Positions 42,668 through 44,979 of a DNA stretch of 44,979 nt are shown piece by piece. Within the stretch, counting starts at the first letter, position 1, and every line of letters starts with the position of its first letter. Position numbers and translations under genes: made by a program. This stretch comes from an uncultured Candidatus Saccharibacteria bacterium (GTDB lineage: Bacteria; Patescibacteriota; Minisyncoccia; Phycocordibacterales; UBA5272). The stretch spans positions 1 to 44,979 of the forward strand of contig CAZEDG010000005.1 of NCBI GenBank assembly GCA_964510805.1. The letters are read 5' to 3'. A model generated the notes under the pieces. That model was not told the origin of the DNA. It saw nothing but the letters and a program-made list of their open reading frames with translations, and did not search any database.

Positions 42668-42780
42668 GGTGACGTCCTCTGGAACGTCGAAACCCACAAG
42701 ATCGACCTTCCTGCCCCGCAAAAGCAGGAACCGATCAATCCGTTCGATCTCTAACCTCTCAAGAAGAGACGGGATCGAAC

Positions 42781-42805
42781 AAAGGCGCGCTTCGTGCGCC
42801 TTTTT
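42781..42805 (+). terminator. Intrinsic terminator
   Basis: AAAGGCGCGC-TTC-GTGCGCCTTT followed by T-rich sequence. Confidence 0.75.
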
Positions 42806-42848
42806 CTTTTTCCTAAAAAACACTTATCATACAAAGACTTTTCATAAT

Positions 42849-42877
42849 TTGACAATATTCAAATCAATATGTAGTAT
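42849..42877 (+). promoter_or_regulatory. Sigma70-type promoter
   Basis: TTGACA-17 nt-TAGTAT. Confidence 0.65.
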
Positions 42878-42936
42878 TACGTGCATACTTAGACACGTTG
42901 TCTAAGAACTGTTCGTTCAACTATTTCGGAGGTTAC

Positions 42937-43608
42937 ATGACCGACCCTGTTGATGTTCCTTTGCCTGACGATGATGATTCTCGTCGCAAGTCTGAACATG
43001 TGCAAGGAATTGTTCAGGAAACAATTGAGAGACAAAGGAAAAAAGGTATTCTTAACCAAAAGAATCAAGACAAAGAAGAACAAAAACCCGCTCAACAGAC
43101 CACCCCCTCCATCTTTGACGGTGTGAGGAAAAGGGTTTGGTCTCTTAGTACCACCGTCTTATGTCTCTTGAGTTTCTTCGGAGGTCAAGGTGTTGCTGAA
43201 TGGCGACACAAAGACAAGGAAAAAGAAGCTCTTGCGAAAATTGAGGAAAGCTTCAGAAATCCTCAAATTCCGAAAGCTCCCGCTTCTTCTCTCCAAGCAT
43301 CAGCACCTGTTCCTGTAGCATCTACAACATCTTCTCCTGTAGCTTCCACAGGGATTGTTTGTTCTCTTGTGGGGGATGGGGTACATGTTACCAAGGAAGC
43401 AGAAAAGGCATACAGCGACGCCTTCAATGCGTTTATGAACGCCTCCTCAAGGTCACCTGAGTACGAGAAGGTGTCCAAGACGTACGAAAATGCAAAGAAC
43501 GCATACGTTCCTGTTCCTGTTGGTCAGGAGGTTGCTAAAGAGACCATTTCAAGTGGTCCTTGTGACAAATGGGAAAAACAAAAAGCTCTCGAGTTGTTCG
43601 TGAAGTAA
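42937..43608 (+). CDS. Orphan single-pass membrane protein with Ala/Ser/Pro linker
   Basis: SD GGAGG 5 nt before ATG 42937. One hydrophobic segment. The C-terminal domain has a Cys pair. Confidence 0.75.
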   Translation: MTDPVDVPLPDDDDSRRKSEHVQGIVQETIERQRKKGILNQKNQDKEEQKPAQQTTPSIFDGVRKRVWSLSTTVLCLLSFFGGQGVAEWRHKDKEKEALAKIEESFRNPQIPKAPASSLQASAPVPVASTTSSPVASTGIVCSLVGDGVHVTKEAEKAYSDAFNAFMNASSRSPEYEKVSKTYENAKNAYVPVPVGQEVAKETISSGPCDKWEKQKALELFVK

Positions 43609-43624
43609 TCTCTCGAGAGACCAG

Positions 43625-43657
43625 AGAAGGCTTACGCTTGCGTAAGCCTTCTTTTTC
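43625..43657 (+). terminator. Intrinsic terminator
   Basis: 12-bp perfect stem AGAAGGCTTACG/CGTAAGCCTTCT plus T-tract. Confidence 0.85.
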
Positions 43658-43726
43658 ATAAAAAGTGTTGCTATATAACGGTTATATCAAGTACTTGACG
43701 AAGCAAAAATAACACCCGTCAGGTAC

Positions 43727-43754
43727 TTGACAAAATATATTTTTCGTGTATACT
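43727..43754 (+). promoter_or_regulatory. Sigma70-type promoter
   Basis: TTGACA-16 nt-TATACT. Confidence 0.7.
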
Positions 43755-43841
43755 TGTAATCAAGTTTCCGAAGGTGTTTAATCAACAAATTCCTAAGGAA
43801 AACGAAGTTCTCTAAAATTGTCACGCCAACTGGAGTAATCC

Positions 43842-44528
43842 ATGACCTTCATCCGTTCTCTCCTGGCCGTTCTGACCATCGCCTCCCTGAGCTTCACCGC
43901 TCAGGCTCAACCCACCAAGGAGCAGTGCCAAGCTGCTGCCGAGATGACCTCCAAGTGCGGCATCGAACTGGCCAAATCGGCCGACGAGAAGAAGCCGGCC
44001 GCCAAGCCTGCCCCGAAGCAGTCGTCCGGCAACTCTGCCGTGTTGGCCCAGCTCCGGCTGGACCTGCAACAGGCCCGCGAGGCTCTCGCATCGCGAGAAG
44101 CCGAGAAGAAGGCGTCCGAGCTTGTCACGGCGACCGGCGACAAGCTGGTCGATTGCGGGACGATGTCCCGGATCGTCTTCGTCGGCAACGACGGAAGGAT
44201 GTTCGCCACCTGCAAGGGTGCGGCGGACGAGATCTTTCGTGCGCCAGCACCCGCCACAGCCCCCGCTCCGCAGGTGATCGTGGTTCAACCGGCGAATGTT
44301 CACCAACTCGGTGGACAGGCCCCGGCAACGACCCCGACCACTCCGCCTTCGCCGGTTCCGTCTGGTGTCTATGGGTGTAATATCGCGATCAACGGCAACG
44401 TCGTCGCGGACTTCATGGACAAGACCAAAAACCCCTACGGGGAGCAAGTTGCTCCTCAAGGTGAAGGACCGAAGTGCCGAGCTTTGCTCGAGCGCTTCAA
44501 GCGGGAAAACCCGCAGTACCGCTACTAA
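43842..44528 (+). CDS. GC-rich orphan secreted protein with three Cys pairs
   Basis: Signal peptide (AQA/Q), SD GGAG, Pro/Ala linkers. 42/60 G+C at 43981-44040 versus 18/60 at 33601-33660 in dnaN. Confidence 0.75.
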   Translation: MTFIRSLLAVLTIASLSFTAQAQPTKEQCQAAAEMTSKCGIELAKSADEKKPAAKPAPKQSSGNSAVLAQLRLDLQQAREALASREAEKKASELVTATGDKLVDCGTMSRIVFVGNDGRMFATCKGAADEIFRAPAPATAPAPQVIVVQPANVHQLGGQAPATTPTTPPSPVPSGVYGCNIAINGNVVADFMDKTKNPYGEQVAPQGEGPKCRALLERFKRENPQYRY

Positions 44529-44538
44529 GTGGTGCAAC

Positions 44539-44567
44539 AGACCCCCTCAGACGGGGTCTTGTCTTTT
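44539..44567 (+). terminator. Probable intrinsic terminator
   Basis: AGACCCC-7 nt-GGGGTCT followed by TGTCTTTT. Confidence 0.6.
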
Positions 44568-44577
44568 ATTGAGGCAC

Positions 44578-44607
44578 TTGACAAAGTATATACTTGTGTA
44601 GTATAAT
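44578..44607 (+). promoter_or_regulatory. Sigma70-type promoter
   Basis: TTGACA-18 nt-TATAAT. Confidence 0.6.
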
Positions 44608-44642
44608 AAGATTCTCAATTAGTCATAAACATAGAAATAACC

Positions 44643-44979
44643 ATGAAAAATTTTTACAAACAATTGATAACACTTTCTGTCCTACTTTGTGTAGGTAGTT
44701 TTGGTGTCGCTTTTGCACAATTTGATGATTACGGAACCTTAACAGGAGTTTCTGATAATACTGGTTACGGAACAGTGAATGGATATTCAAACGATGGTTA
44801 TGGAACTCTCTATGGTTCTTCTAATAATACTTATTCAAATGTCGGGTATGGAACAGTTTCAGGATATTCTAACGACGGATATGGAACCTTAACAGGAACA
44901 TACGCTAATAATAATGTTGGTTATGGAACAGTGAATGGATATTCAAACGATGGTTATGGAACTCTCTATGGTTCTTCTA
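44643..44979 (+). CDS. Secreted YGT(L/V)xG repeat protein, runs off the window (not in ORF track)
   Basis: MKNFYKQLITLSVLLCVGSFGVAFA/QFDDYGTLTG... with seven YGT(L/V)xG units in 112 codons. Exact 55-bp repeat at 44769-44823/44925-44979. Confidence 0.85.
   Translation, partial: MKNFYKQLITLSVLLCVGSFGVAFAQFDDYGTLTGVSDNTGYGTVNGYSNDGYGTLYGSSNNTYSNVGYGTVSGYSNDGYGTLTGTYANNNVGYGTVNGYSNDGYGTLYGSS

Noticed and set aside
43821-44537. Long antisense and alternate-frame ORFs (also 30-416, 1645-2154, 3743-4225, 12117-12635, 22240-22692, 27867-28475, 42287-42823)
   Set aside because: These are shadows of well-supported genes on the other strand or frame, with no motifs or initiation signals.
1-44979. GC-skew switch at oriC judged by eye
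   Set aside because: Hand counts on short samples were inconsistent (coding strands are C-rich on both orientations left of oriC). This needs a cumulative skew computation.

Overview
AT-rich chromosomal window, standard genetic code, around the replication origin of a bacterium that looks like a Patescibacteria/CPR (Parcubacteria-like) genome. That taxonomy is an inference from gene content, DUF5663-like and VirB2-type pilin families, and SD-less core genes. Core genes: NYN, comM, LysM-M23, uvrD, rsmA, lnt-like, yidC-rnpA-rpmH, dnaA-oriC-dnaN, a class A PBP, tyrS, ruvC, ruvB and pilB. Four things stand out. (1) A ~14-kb relaxase-free, T4SS-like cluster (TrbJ/VirB5-like, VirB6-like, PrgI, VirB4) sits against yidC. 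It carries two VirB2-type pilins with a 98%-identical 269-bp pilin module fused to different predicted cell-wall hydrolase cargos (Zn-peptidase-like and lytic transglycosylase). (2) At least nine intergenic mosaic elements are built from a covarying GAA/TTC-triloop palindrome, 7-bp tandem repeats and CTAG-containing inverted ends. (3) An unannotated, promoter-driven, rod-shaped RNA candidate with 6S-like architecture lies between ruvB and pilB. (4) There are two expression grammars: leaderless-looking core genes versus self-contained promoter+SD+terminator accessory cassettes encoding orphan exported proteins. Several real ORFs are missing from or mis-started in the ORF track (rpmH, a 59-aa acidic protein, a YGT-repeat protein, a CTG-started NYN). 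All family calls come from motif recognition by eye; no database search was run.
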